Positions 9,701-18,706 are shown, counted from the first letter of the stretch. The stretch is 46,825 nucleotides of DNA from a virus (IMGVR_UViG_3300037045_000356:1-46825), one strand, 5' to 3'. Notes: a model not told the origin generated them from the letters alone. Made by a program: numbers and translations.

Positions 9701-10506
9701 AAGCCATTGAAAAGTTAAACCAAGAGATTACTAATAAACAGATGATTCAAGGAGATCTGGTTACGGAATTGGATAGTCTGGATGAAGAAGTTGAGGCCTT
9801 GCCGTCTACCGCTGAAAGGGTAGCGGAACTCGGGCGGGATACATTATTACTAAAAACAGGGCTCAATGATTTGCACGTCCGTACTGGAGGTATTGAATCT
9901 AAGCTGCAGGCCCTGGCATTAGACGATGAAGAACTGGTCCGATTAAACAGCGAAATGAAACCTACCGCCAAAATGCTACTTCAATATCAGACCCTAGTTA
10001 AGGCCTTTGGTTTTGACGGCATTCCCTTCAATATCGTTCGGTCAGTGGTACCCGAGCTAAGTAATATGGCTAATGATATCTTATCCCAAATGACAGGCGG
10101 TAAGATGTCTCTTGAAATGCGTACCGAGCGGATCCAGAAGAGTAATAAAAAAGAGGTTAATGCCCTTGAGATATGGGTTATCGATTACCTGAGAGGCAGC
10201 CTTCCTTATAAGAGTAGATCCGGTGGTCAGAAGGTTAAAGCCGCTCTATCAGTTGCCTTTGCCCTGGCTGATCTCAAGGCCAGGCGTGCAGGTATCCAGC
10301 TTGGCATGATGTTTGTTGACGAACCCCCCTTCCTGGATGCCGATGGAATAGAAGCATATTGTGATGCACTTGAGCTTTTGAGTCAGCGGTACCCGAACAT
10401 GAGAGTTCTAGCAATATCACATGATCCTAGGATGAAAGCACGGTTTCCCCAGCAGATCGAAGTTGAGGATATGGGTGAAGCCGGTAGTAAGGTGAGAGTC
10501 GCATAG
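6724..10506 (+). CDS. Fused SbcD-SbcC (Mre11-Rad50-like) nuclease/ATPase
   Basis: N-terminal phosphoesterase motifs DIH, GDLF, NHD, GHIH; Walker A GPNGVGKS, long coiled coil, signature SGGQ, Walker B VDEP, ISHD. Confidence 0.93.
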   Translation: MKIFHTGDIHLGELNGPVINGENARMQDTIRCMDFLVQKAEEEQPDVIVIAGDLFHKSKLWGDQILKEINIIAGWLRKLTWISPTVVLFGTDNHDNNRAFETLRGMSIPNRYIITQPQLLTIETKSGPLQVAGVPGLDKGHFRTLCPGMDKEDENKVCSQMLGDVILGLGAQINSSIPSVLLAHYTVVGCELENGEHVFLQNDVVLPKEALAASPFDIVCLGHIHKAQEVSGCGRPTYYCGPVNGITFNEEGQDKGFWIHDINTWESRFTTTPYRPFLTIYGDFREVIDINEYIRQEIAGIYPHGALLQCDATGKIVRFHYQCTEEQKKQINHKAIEEALKTAAAFYVHEIKPIQVINELQKQGMSETEGPLENLTTWLLTEGFSAEEVVSIVDLARPMVDTISAKMPTGKLSGVFEPVRLEVKHYRSYREESFDFSQINFATVNGPNGVGKSAFFMDAISDCLYEETREGEITGWISNGTDIKSGSMTFEFKMGDSNWRVVRTRAKSGKITLALQEMIESQWADKGGTTTKDTQAKIVDLLGMDAMTFRSCALIMQDNYGLFLEADRGDRMEVLANILGLNVYEQLSDLAKVKVTDVNRSLEQTKTKIADLTQKLTVKPNLEEELAQVKQEITNINNEIETTEKQLLAAQVLLKGMEMSQARADEVCKQIKLLKGEIGLKQKDIDLHRDRITAQQKILDVEQTILDKVKELDEVKGQINTIQAKLPQVQELKSRQAQIQSDCNKAQSEKQQLEKRVRDLEEELASRDEYEKAAAEYQEALVNLADIDKKGRQHESLRESILAIERPLDSYCNQYSIKNTELSSCKDRTNILANSMCIEIDKAQCNFLADAQAAKARIPNLEEEIAEIVERQNPLREQIKALEIEQDGIGYDSDVHYETKMLVESLRPKAEKAAQMVSKKELLDDLRRQLEQYSERLQTLKVSLDETVKILHDLLIEIEPLTALEAKLPTLQKWADGKDKLPAAREIIKASNEAIEKLNQEITNKQMIQGDLVTELDSLDEEVEALPSTAERVAELGRDTLLLKTGLNDLHVRTGGIESKLQALALDDEELVRLNSEMKPTAKMLLQYQTLVKAFGFDGIPFNIVRSVVPELSNMANDILSQMTGGKMSLEMRTERIQKSNKKEVNALEIWVIDYLRGSLPYKSRSGGQKVKAALSVAFALADLKARRAGIQLGMMFVDEPPFLDADGIEAYCDALELLSQRYPNMRVLAISHDPRMKARFPQQIEVEDMGEAGSKVRVA

Positions 10507-10536
10507 GAGCCATTTAGCCGAGAAGGAGGGATTTGG

Positions 10537-11316
10537 ATGGAAGTCATAACCATAATTTGTAATGATCCAGACTGTTATTGTGAAGATGCTTGTTGCCAAG
10601 AGTGCAAAGACATTTTGACGTGTCCCAATAAGTGTAAAGCGGTCGAATACCAAGAAAAAATCTATACCAATGAAGCTTACTTTCTAGATGAACTTAATAA
10701 GCTGGCCGAAGAAAAAGACAATTGGTTAATAGCTGTTGCTGCCGAAGCTGTAAAGAGCTATATGGAGTTACTAGCCGAGGCGAAGGCTGACAATGCGGCG
10801 CTACTAGAATCACTGAAGTGCTCTGCACCAGCACTAGAAAAAGTGATAGGCAATAAAAACCTTCGAGGAATGATGTGGTCAGACGACGTGCATTTGTTGT
10901 ATGTGGCCAAAGAATCAACCCGTGAAACATTGTCTCAACCCCACCCCGGCGCGGCCCTGCTAAAAGAGTTAGGGGAGCTGCGTCAGAGGGTTGAAAGATA
11001 CGAGCAACCCAATCTTAAATGCGGCAGAGGGCACGAGAATAATCTTCCGTTAAGCATATGGGATTGCCCTATGTGTACGGAAGAGGGGCGGCAAGAGTTG
11101 GAGCAGTATAAACGGGCACTTAATTTGGCCTGCGTAGATGCTTCGGACCATCAATGTCCTTATGAATTTGATTATGTTGATTGGCCAGAATGTACTTCCT
11201 GTCCACACGGAAATGAGATCCGCTATGACATCGAGCGTGACATTAAATGTTGGGAAAAGCATTACCTAGCCCAAGCCAAGGCGGGTGAGCCCCATGAGCC
11301 TGTCAGCGGAGCTTAA
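10537..11316 (+). CDS. Cys-rich hypothetical phage protein
   Basis: GGAGG RBS; several Cys clusters. Confidence 0.65.
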   Translation: MEVITIICNDPDCYCEDACCQECKDILTCPNKCKAVEYQEKIYTNEAYFLDELNKLAEEKDNWLIAVAAEAVKSYMELLAEAKADNAALLESLKCSAPALEKVIGNKNLRGMMWSDDVHLLYVAKESTRETLSQPHPGAALLKELGELRQRVERYEQPNLKCGRGHENNLPLSIWDCPMCTEEGRQELEQYKRALNLACVDASDHQCPYEFDYVDWPECTSCPHGNEIRYDIERDIKCWEKHYLAQAKAGEPHEPVSGA

Positions 11317-11530
11317 GCGGCTATCAAACGTAGCATTTCAATTAGAAGAGGAGAACGAGCGGTTGAGGGCTGAGATTGAGCAGTTAAAATCTCAGCCCCA
11401 GGAGTCGGAGGCGGTTAAGCACTTTCTCGACCTGATAAAACCGGAATTTGAACGAGTGGAAAAATTGAAAGGAAACGGACCTAACCTCGAAAAGCAGATA
11501 GCCGCTTTTCGAGTTGTAAGACCAAGATAA
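11285..11530 (+). CDS. Hypothetical coiled-coil protein
   Basis: Overlapping ORF in the operon. Confidence 0.6.
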   Translation: MSPMSLSAELKRLSNVAFQLEEENERLRAEIEQLKSQPQESEAVKHFLDLIKPEFERVEKLKGNGPNLEKQIAAFRVVRPR

Positions 11531-11588
11531 ATTTTTTTAACCGGTAACTGGAAAATTTAACCAACAAAGGAAAGGCGAGTGAGGCTAT

Positions 11589-11891
11589 ATGACCAAATCA
11601 ATAACCCAGCACTACTGGAATAGCCAAATAGTTCAGCCCGTAAAGCCGACGGACAAGCCAAGGCGTGAAGCTCAGGTATTGCACCTGGAGAAGTGGAAGG
11701 CAGACCATTTTGCTAACACCAGCAATATGGTAGAAGCTCCAGAAGAGGAGCAGTTGACACAAGAGGAACAGATGGAGATTGCTAAGTTTGAAGTCTGGAT
11801 GGATAAGGTTGGCCAGGTTATTGCCATATTCGCGGTCGTGGCGACTTCCCTGCTTCTGTGGTGGCATGTTTTTCGGGGGTGGTTGCAATGA
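11589..11891 (+). CDS. Hypothetical protein with C-terminal transmembrane helix
   Basis: VIAIFAVVATSLLLWW hydrophobic segment. Confidence 0.65.
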   Translation: MTKSITQHYWNSQIVQPVKPTDKPRREAQVLHLEKWKADHFANTSNMVEAPEEEQLTQEEQMEIAKFEVWMDKVGQVIAIFAVVATSLLLWWHVFRGWLQ

Positions 11892-12475
11892 TGAAAGCTA
11901 TCTCCTTATGGAATCCCTGGGCAATGTTAGTCCCATGGAAAGAGAAAGGAAACGAAACTCGATCATGGCCAACTCCTTACCGTGGCCTGTTAGCTATTCA
12001 TGCAACCGCTAATGTTCCACCGGTGGTTAAGCGGTTATGCCATGATGAACCATTTAAATCTATTCTCGCAAAGCATGGCGCGGCTCCTTCGATGAAGGGG
12101 TTGCCTTTTGGAGCAGTTATAGCCGTCTGCAACCTGGTGGACTGTCAAAAGGTTGTAAGTCGCACATTGCTATCTGGTGTTCCAAAACTTGCAAAACTTG
12201 AAGATGAAACCCTAATAGAAGGCAACGAACTTGCCTTTGGAGATTACACTCCAGGCCGCTATGTCTGGATATTAAGAGATATTCACCAACTGGCAGCGCC
12301 GATCCCGTTCAAGGGGCAGCAAGGCTTTTGGAATTGGGATGATACTCCGAACTTAGTAGCCATAGATCCGTGGATTAGAGGATCCACCCGGATCTGGACG
12401 CCTAAGGGAGTTATAAGCGGGAGAAGGTTGGACAGGCCGGATGAGGATGCGATCAAGGGATTGGAGGTTGAATAG
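11888..12475 (+). CDS. ASCH domain protein
   Basis: MKAISLWNPWA...ETRSW...YRGLLAIHA and KGQQGFWNW motifs. Confidence 0.9.
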   Translation: MMKAISLWNPWAMLVPWKEKGNETRSWPTPYRGLLAIHATANVPPVVKRLCHDEPFKSILAKHGAAPSMKGLPFGAVIAVCNLVDCQKVVSRTLLSGVPKLAKLEDETLIEGNELAFGDYTPGRYVWILRDIHQLAAPIPFKGQQGFWNWDDTPNLVAIDPWIRGSTRIWTPKGVISGRRLDRPDEDAIKGLEVE

Positions 12476-12739
12476 ATGGCAAATTGTACTGGATGCGGAG
12501 CCCAGATCGAATGGGTGAAGACCAATAAGGGAAAGAGCATGCCTGTCAACCCCGGATACAGGGAAATTGAACCGATTCAGGGTCGGGTCGTTAAAAGACA
12601 TATAGTCATTGTAACCGACGAAGGATACGTTCGAAGCGGAATTGAGGTACCGGCTGGAGAGGGACAGGAACGAGGACGGGAACCTCACTGGGCAACCTGC
12701 CCGGCAGCAGCCAGATTTAAAAGGGGAGTGAGGGTGTGA
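12476..12739 (+). CDS. Zn-binding hypothetical phage protein
   Basis: CxxC...HWATC. Confidence 0.7.
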   Translation: MANCTGCGAQIEWVKTNKGKSMPVNPGYREIEPIQGRVVKRHIVIVTDEGYVRSGIEVPAGEGQERGREPHWATCPAAARFKRGVRV

Positions 12740-14394
12740 AGGAATATACAGCGTTTTTTCCATGCTGCGGAGCTGGCGGCGCTGCCATAGGAGCACAGAG
12801 GGCAGTATTTGAATTCAAGGGACAGGTAGGATTCTTTCGGGTAGTTGGTGGTATCGATGTGGATCCGGAAGCCTGCCTGGATTTTGAAAATCTGACCGGT
12901 GCAACAGCGCATTGCATGGATCTTTTTAGTCGTGATGATTATATTGCTTTTCATGGACATGAGCCACCAGAAGACTGGCACGAAGTTACGCCGGTAGAAA
13001 TCAGACGGCTGGTTGAACATGTGCCGGATGTAATTTTCGTATCAGCCCCTTGTCAAGGAAATAGCGGACTGTTGCCCGAGGGAGCAGCCCAAACTGATAA
13101 GTACCAAGCATTAAACAACCTTGCATATCATATCATGTGGCTTATGGTTGAGGCTTTCCGCGATGATCCGGTGCCGGTATTTCTCTTTGAGAATGTACCA
13201 AGGATTACTACGCGTAGCGCCAGTCTATTGAACCGGATCCGCATGATGCTTAAGTCGCATGGATATGAGACTCATCCCCAAAAAGACAAGGACGGGTACC
13301 ATGATTGCGGAGTGGTTGGCGGCCTAGGGCAACATCGAAAGAGATATATGATGGCATCCCGTCATAGGGAGAAATGTAACGCGATTATATACAGGCCACC
13401 GAGGCAGAAAATGAAAAGCATAGGTGATGTACTAGGTACTCTGTATATGCCTGACGATCCAGTAGCCGGGCCTATGCATCGCTTACCACGATTAACGTGG
13501 AAAACTTGGGTCAGACTTGCGTTTATTCGCGCTGGGGGGGACTGGAGAGACTTAGAGAACTGCGGCCCGTATCGCATTGAGCATGTACCCCGGGACGGTG
13601 TTTTCTCGATTGCAGATTGGGATCAGGCTTCCAAGGCTATCATTGCACATGCCAGGCCAGGAGGAAGTAATGGGGTAGCTGCCGTGGCAGACCCCCGGCT
13701 TAACCCCCGAGAAACTAGACATCCAAATGTATACCAAGTGATTGAGTGGAATCAGTCCGGACCAACCATTACCGGTTCAAAGTTTGGTTCAGGAGCAGGG
13801 GCAGTGGCAGATCCACGGTTAAACCTAGGAGAGGGAACCCACCAGAATATTTATCGTGTTGTTCCGTGGGGGCAATCAGCGCCGACAGTAACGGGAGCTC
13901 TAGGAGTAAATAATGGCGCGCTGGCGGTAGCAGATGCCCGGTTAGGCTGTAAGCCTAGAAATGGTAGCTATAAAGTCCAAGATTGGAATAGACCGTCAAG
14001 CACAGTAACAGCCAGTGGCGACGTTCACGCTGGAAGTTCTGCAGTAGCTGACCCTAGGATACCACTTGATCATGAGAGGCTGGACCCGGTACCCATCATT
14101 ATAGCAGTGGATGGAAGTTGGCACAGACCCCTAACTGATTATGAGAACGCAGCGTTGCAGTCATTTCCTCTGACCATGCCGAATGGTAGCCCCTTGCTTC
14201 TGGCCGGTAATTCGTCAGCTAGATGGCGGAAACGTATCGGAAATGCGGTACCTCCAGATAGTGCACAGGCATGGTTTGAAACCGTTGGAATAAGTCTACT
14301 GGCCAGCGATAAAGCTGAGTGGTTTCTAAGCGCAGCTGGTATTTGGGTTGTGAATCGCGATGAAAACACCATGCCGTATACACTATGCCATTAG
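12736..14394 (+). CDS. DNA cytosine-5 methyltransferase with internal repeats
   Basis: Motif I (FPCCGAGG), catalytic PCQ, ENV, QxRxR and IGNAVP; four ~40-aa repeats ending in AVADPR/AVADAR. Confidence 0.9.
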   Translation: MKEYTAFFPCCGAGGAAIGAQRAVFEFKGQVGFFRVVGGIDVDPEACLDFENLTGATAHCMDLFSRDDYIAFHGHEPPEDWHEVTPVEIRRLVEHVPDVIFVSAPCQGNSGLLPEGAAQTDKYQALNNLAYHIMWLMVEAFRDDPVPVFLFENVPRITTRSASLLNRIRMMLKSHGYETHPQKDKDGYHDCGVVGGLGQHRKRYMMASRHREKCNAIIYRPPRQKMKSIGDVLGTLYMPDDPVAGPMHRLPRLTWKTWVRLAFIRAGGDWRDLENCGPYRIEHVPRDGVFSIADWDQASKAIIAHARPGGSNGVAAVADPRLNPRETRHPNVYQVIEWNQSGPTITGSKFGSGAGAVADPRLNLGEGTHQNIYRVVPWGQSAPTVTGALGVNNGALAVADARLGCKPRNGSYKVQDWNRPSSTVTASGDVHAGSSAVADPRIPLDHERLDPVPIIIAVDGSWHRPLTDYENAALQSFPLTMPNGSPLLLAGNSSARWRKRIGNAVPPDSAQAWFETVGISLLASDKAEWFLSAAGIWVVNRDENTMPYTLCH

Positions 14395-14566
14395 AAATAC
14401 CGCTCCTGCTGAACACTGGCGGGAGCTAAAAGGACATGCTATAGCCCAAGGTAGAAGGGGTGGACCTAAGAACATACTGGTGGAAACAGAATTAGGAAGA
14501 GTTGTGGTACCCAGAGGGAACGTTAGTTTTGAGAGGAGGGAAGAAAATAATGGCGGCTGTTGTTGA
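14360..14566 (+). CDS. Small hypothetical protein
   Basis: Fills the gap between the methyltransferase and the next gene. Confidence 0.45.
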   Translation: MKTPCRIHYAIRNTAPAEHWRELKGHAIAQGRRGGPKNILVETELGRVVVPRGNVSFERREENNGGCC

Positions 14567-15605
14567 GCATGTACCCCAGGAACAAATACAAAGGTTTAGG
14601 GAAATGCAAGCCCTTCCCTACAGATTAAAAATACCGTATGCCATGGGGAAAGCCAAAGAATTCTATGACACGATGGAGGGTAAGGTGTTCTGTTCTGTTG
14701 GGGGATTGGATAGCATAACCCTACTACTCTTTCTCCGGGAATACATTAATCCAGACATACAGGGCGTTTCAATATCCGTCCTGGAAGATAAAACCGTCCA
14801 GAAGGTGCATCATCAGTTAGAAAATATTGTTTATCTCAGACCTTATAAATCAAAAGTACAAGTAATTAAGGATCACGGTTATCCAGTAATAAGTAAAGAA
14901 AAGGCCGGTAAGATCCAACTGCTACAGAAACCAAGTGAAAAGAATGCTACCGTTCGCCATGCCATTATGACAGGGGAAACCGGAGCATATGGAGGATGGA
15001 GAACCGGAACAAAAATGAAACTGCCTCAGAAGTGGCTTGAGCTTTTTGCCGGTCCGGAAAACGAAAAGTACGGGACAAACTATCAGACAGCGCCTTTCAG
15101 GGTTAGCCCTGATTGTTGCTACTACATGAAAGAAAAGCCGGCAGATGATTTTGCCAAGCAGAATGGTCTATATCCTTACATGGGGCTCATGGCCAGTGAG
15201 GGAGGCCAGCGGGAGAAAGCTCTCATAAAACACGGCTGCAACTATTACGGCAAGACCGTAACCAGATCATGCCCTTTTGCCATATTCAACCGTCAAGACA
15301 TCTTGCAGTTGGCCCTCGATCTGGAAGTCCAGATACCGGAGATCTATGGCGAGATAGTCCGAGATCCGGACGGTACATTGAGGACAACCATGGCCCAAAG
15401 GACGGGCTGCACGATGTGCGGCTTCGGGATTCATATTGAGAATCGACCGCACCGTTTTGATAGGTTGCGTCAGACAAACCCTAAAGAGTGGAAATTCTGG
15501 ATGTACGATATGGGTTGGGGTATAGTCCTTGATTACATCGGCGTTAAATGGGAGAACGAGTATGTTAAACCGGCTGAGCAGATAGAATTGAACTTCGCGA
15601 TCTGA
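14550..15605 (+). CDS. PAPS-reductase-family (adenine nucleotide alpha-hydrolase) protein
   Basis: SVGGLDS PP-loop-like motif; CC and RTGCTMC Fe-S-type cysteines. Confidence 0.85.
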   Translation: MAAVVEHVPQEQIQRFREMQALPYRLKIPYAMGKAKEFYDTMEGKVFCSVGGLDSITLLLFLREYINPDIQGVSISVLEDKTVQKVHHQLENIVYLRPYKSKVQVIKDHGYPVISKEKAGKIQLLQKPSEKNATVRHAIMTGETGAYGGWRTGTKMKLPQKWLELFAGPENEKYGTNYQTAPFRVSPDCCYYMKEKPADDFAKQNGLYPYMGLMASEGGQREKALIKHGCNYYGKTVTRSCPFAIFNRQDILQLALDLEVQIPEIYGEIVRDPDGTLRTTMAQRTGCTMCGFGIHIENRPHRFDRLRQTNPKEWKFWMYDMGWGIVLDYIGVKWENEYVKPAEQIELNFAI

Positions 15606-15618
15606 GAGGAGAGGGGTT

Positions 15619-15828
15619 ATGGAAAAGACATGCGGCACCTGTACCAACTGGCAACCAGAAAAGCGGACCCAAAAGAGCGGTGCGACATACAGAACAACAG
15701 ACCCGCTTTGCACCATGACGGGCAAGGTTAGGTATGCCGAGGACAAGCCGGTTAGCTGGTGTTATAAGGAAGCCAGTAGGGAGCAGTTAGCAAGTCGGGT
15801 TAAGGCAGGGTTGATAAAGGAGGGCTAG
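15619..15828 (+). CDS. Small Cys-containing hypothetical protein
   Basis: RBS; CxxC. Confidence 0.6.
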   Translation: MEKTCGTCTNWQPEKRTQKSGATYRTTDPLCTMTGKVRYAEDKPVSWCYKEASREQLASRVKAGLIKEG

Positions 15829-15830
15829 TC

Positions 15831-16034
15831 TTGGTATCGCTTACGGCCGTGGATAAACGTAAGTTTAAAACGGAAATTAAAAACCTTAATCCGGCTGAGG
15901 TTCTGGCCGTTGCTAGATTTATTGAAATCGCCCCCTTTTCAGCTGCCGACAAAAGGTTTTGTTTAAGCCACATCGGCAAGAGGTGCGAGAGATTGTTGCG
16001 AAATGTTGCCAAAAACATTAGTTTCGAAGATTAG
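15831..16034 (+). CDS. Hypothetical protein
   Basis: AAGGAGG RBS, TTG start. Confidence 0.6.
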   Translation: MVSLTAVDKRKFKTEIKNLNPAEVLAVARFIEIAPFSAADKRFCLSHIGKRCERLLRNVAKNISFED

Positions 16035-16070
16035 TGGGGGTGCACTTATTCAAGTAAAGGAGGGTGTAGG

Positions 16071-17003
16071 GTGAAATACACCGATATACAAGATTTAATC
16101 AGAGCTCATTATGAGTCAGAAGATAAATTCCATAGCGAGGTAGATAGGATTATTGTCCAAGAAAATTCCGCTGGCAAGGAAATAGCGGCTAATAAAATCC
16201 GCTCAACATTTAATTATTATTCAGGTAAAAGGCGCGATGGATATACTGTTCAACCTTTGCGCGAGCTGTCGGCAATGACCAAGGGCGGTTCCAATATGGT
16301 TGAAATTAGGCATTCTGATATAACTCTTGCCGACGTCATTGCTACTGAGGAAACACTGAGGCCTATCCGTGAAGTAATTAATGAATTTAGAAACCGGGAC
16401 AAGTTAGATAAATATGGACTTGAAGTACTTAATAAGGTGCTTATAAGCGGCCCTCCCGGTGTGGGTAAAACATGGACTGCCATGGCAATAGCTGGGGAAC
16501 TTAATTTAGAACTGGTATTCGTTCGGTGGGATACAGTTGTCAGTTCTTATCTTGGCAGCACTGGCGCGAATATTCGTAGGGTATTTGAGGTGGCCAATGA
16601 AAGGCCGGTTGTGATTTTCCTGGATGAATTTGATGCTGCTGGAAAAGAACGTGGCGGTGGCAAAGATTTAGAGGTGGGGGAAATGTCCAGAGTGGTTATT
16701 AATCTATTGCAAAATATTGACATGTTCCCGCCTGAGTCAGTCTTAATAGCCGCTACTAATCACGGACATCTATTAGATACAGCAATTTGGCGGCGCTTTA
16801 CGGTAGTAAATATGGAGTTGCCCAATGGTTCAGCCAGAGAAAGGCTTATAAAATATCATTCAAAAGGGTTACCTATAGATCTAAATATAGATACCTGGGT
16901 AAAGGATACCCAGGGGATGAGCGGGGCGGAAATCAAGACAAAGATTCACAAGTATGCGAAGCAGCAGATCTTATTAGGGGAGGAGTTGTCAAATTGCGTA
17001 TAA
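16071..17003 (+). CDS. AAA+ ATPase (IetA-like family)
   Basis: Walker A GPPGVGKT, SSYLG pore loop, Walker B FLDEFD, AATNH...LDTAIWRRF second region of homology. Confidence 0.9.
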   Translation: MKYTDIQDLIRAHYESEDKFHSEVDRIIVQENSAGKEIAANKIRSTFNYYSGKRRDGYTVQPLRELSAMTKGGSNMVEIRHSDITLADVIATEETLRPIREVINEFRNRDKLDKYGLEVLNKVLISGPPGVGKTWTAMAIAGELNLELVFVRWDTVVSSYLGSTGANIRRVFEVANERPVVIFLDEFDAAGKERGGGKDLEVGEMSRVVINLLQNIDMFPPESVLIAATNHGHLLDTAIWRRFTVVNMELPNGSARERLIKYHSKGLPIDLNIDTWVKDTQGMSGAEIKTKIHKYAKQQILLGEELSNCV

Positions 17004-17494
17004 AGAAGGTCAAAGTCACCAAGGAAAAACGGATCCTAATAATGTACGAGAAGAAGGGTAAAAACGGTTGGTGGGATGAGTATTCTTTAACCTGCAGTGA
17101 AGATGCTAGGCCGGAGTTCCACCAGACCCTTCGTGACTTACGGACTCATGTTCTGGATATGTGTGAACTGCCGGAGAATTACTTGGATCGACTTACTGTT
17201 AGGGGCGTATCTTTCTCCTACGGTGGAGAAGCAGAGGTTATGGGTGCTACTATCAGCGCATCAATGGAGTTATACGAGTCTAACCAGGGATTAAACATCA
17301 ATACCCCTCACAAGGCCGAAGATTCTTATTGCGATGCTCCAGCAGACCCTAAGCAACTGCTTGATGCTAAGTGTATAAAATGTTTGGACAGGCTCATGGA
17401 AGAAAGCGAGCTATACATCCAGGGTGATCGGGCGCAGGGGAGTTTATTCCCAGAGGTTATTAAGGAGAACATAGAGGCGGCACAGCTTAACTAA
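16994..17494 (+). CDS. Hypothetical phage protein
   Basis: GAGGAG RBS before TTG 16994; ends in a GDRAQGSLF motif. Confidence 0.7.
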   Translation: MRIKKVKVTKEKRILIMYEKKGKNGWWDEYSLTCSEDARPEFHQTLRDLRTHVLDMCELPENYLDRLTVRGVSFSYGGEAEVMGATISASMELYESNQGLNINTPHKAEDSYCDAPADPKQLLDAKCIKCLDRLMEESELYIQGDRAQGSLFPEVIKENIEAAQLN

Positions 17495-17539
17495 AGCGGA
17501 GCAGGGGGAGTAGGCCTCAAAAGCCCTCCCCCGTGATCC

Positions 17540-17728
17540 CTATTTATCGAGTAGTTTTTGAAGCGATTGAAAGAAAGATTCGGTATCAACTGTGATACTA
17601 CCACCAGATTGATTATCTTCGGAATCAACACTAAATAGATCAATGACTAGTTTACCGGGTTCATTTTCGTAGATGTCTAGCGTCATATTTTCATCGGATG
17701 AAGAAAGCTTTAGAACTGATTTTCCCAT
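17540..17728 (-). CDS. Small antisense-oriented moron protein
   Basis: Own AGGAGG RBS, sigmaH-like promoter upstream, hairpin at 17502-17535 downstream. Confidence 0.65.
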   Translation of the reverse strand: MGKSVLKLSSSDENMTLDIYENEPGKLVIDLFSVDSEDNQSGGSITVDTESFFQSLQKLLDK

Positions 17729-17812
17729 AAAATAATGCCTCCTAAAATAATAGTTTAATTAGTATTCTATGACCCATATAGAAAATCCTTCCAGGAAGAG
17801 GGGAATAGTGGA

Positions 17813-18706
17813 ATGGCAGAAGGTAGATACACCAGGATAAAATCAAAATTTTGGACAGATGAGAAGGCTAGAAAATGGGACAGTGAAACAAAGTTCCTTG
17901 CTCTGTATCTTCTCACCTCTCCACATAATAATATATTGGGCTGTTATGTGTTACCTAAGTTGTATATCTGTGCAGATTTAGGCTGGGATGATAAACAGTT
18001 AGGCAAACCGTTTAATAAACTCTTACAGGATGGCTTTATAAAATATGATGACATCAACTGTTTAATACTGCTCTGCAACTATCTTAAACATAACCCAATT
18101 GAGAACGGCAACCAGGCAACAGGGGCAATTAAACAATTAGACGAGTTACCTAAAAGCCCATTATTACAGGAATTGAAACAGTTAATAGAACAGTTAGGCA
18201 AACCGTTCCTTAAACCGTTAGCCGAACGGATTGGCAAACCTGTAACTGTAACTGTAACTGAAACAGTAACTGTAACTACTACTACCCCTATATCCCCTTC
18301 AACTGAAAAACCAGAACCAAACTTCGAACCGGAAGAACTAGAAAGTCGTTCTCGTCAGGTTATTGAGTCCTATGAAAAAGAGTTCGGGAGACTGCTTAGT
18401 CCAACTGAGATTGAGATGCTAGATCAACAGGTAAAAGAGGTTGACCCTGATTTGATTATCTATGCATTAAAACAAGCAGTCCTGAGTGGGAAACGGCAGT
18501 TCAGTTATATTCGAGGCATACTGTCCAACTGGAATAATGCGGGAGTGAAATGCATCCAGGACGTTGATGAGCTTGAAAGGCAGCATGAGGAGCAGAAGAG
18601 AAGGCAGGCTGCTGCTAGTAACAACCGGGCAAGCCCTAAAACTACCGAATTAAAAAATCAAGCTATAGATCAATTCTTTGGATTGGAGGCAACTGGCAGT
18701 GGATAA
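17813..18706 (+). CDS. Phage replication initiator with DnaD-type C-terminal domain
   Basis: N-terminal replisome-organizer-like region; YIRGILSNW DnaD motif. Confidence 0.9.
   Translation: MAEGRYTRIKSKFWTDEKARKWDSETKFLALYLLTSPHNNILGCYVLPKLYICADLGWDDKQLGKPFNKLLQDGFIKYDDINCLILLCNYLKHNPIENGNQATGAIKQLDELPKSPLLQELKQLIEQLGKPFLKPLAERIGKPVTVTVTETVTVTTTTPISPSTEKPEPNFEPEELESRSRQVIESYEKEFGRLLSPTEIEMLDQQVKEVDPDLIIYALKQAVLSGKRQFSYIRGILSNWNNAGVKCIQDVDELERQHEEQKRRQAAASNNRASPKTTELKNQAIDQFFGLEATGSG
18176..18283 (+). repeat. Iteron-like repeats, probable replication origin
   Basis: AACAGTTA / AAACCGTT repeats plus tandem GTAACT inside rep; a further copy at 17993-18012. Confidence 0.7.

Noticed and set aside
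18239-18283. Tandem GTAACT repeats as a CRISPR or contingency locus
   Set aside because: In-frame hexamers within rep, explained as origin/linker repeats
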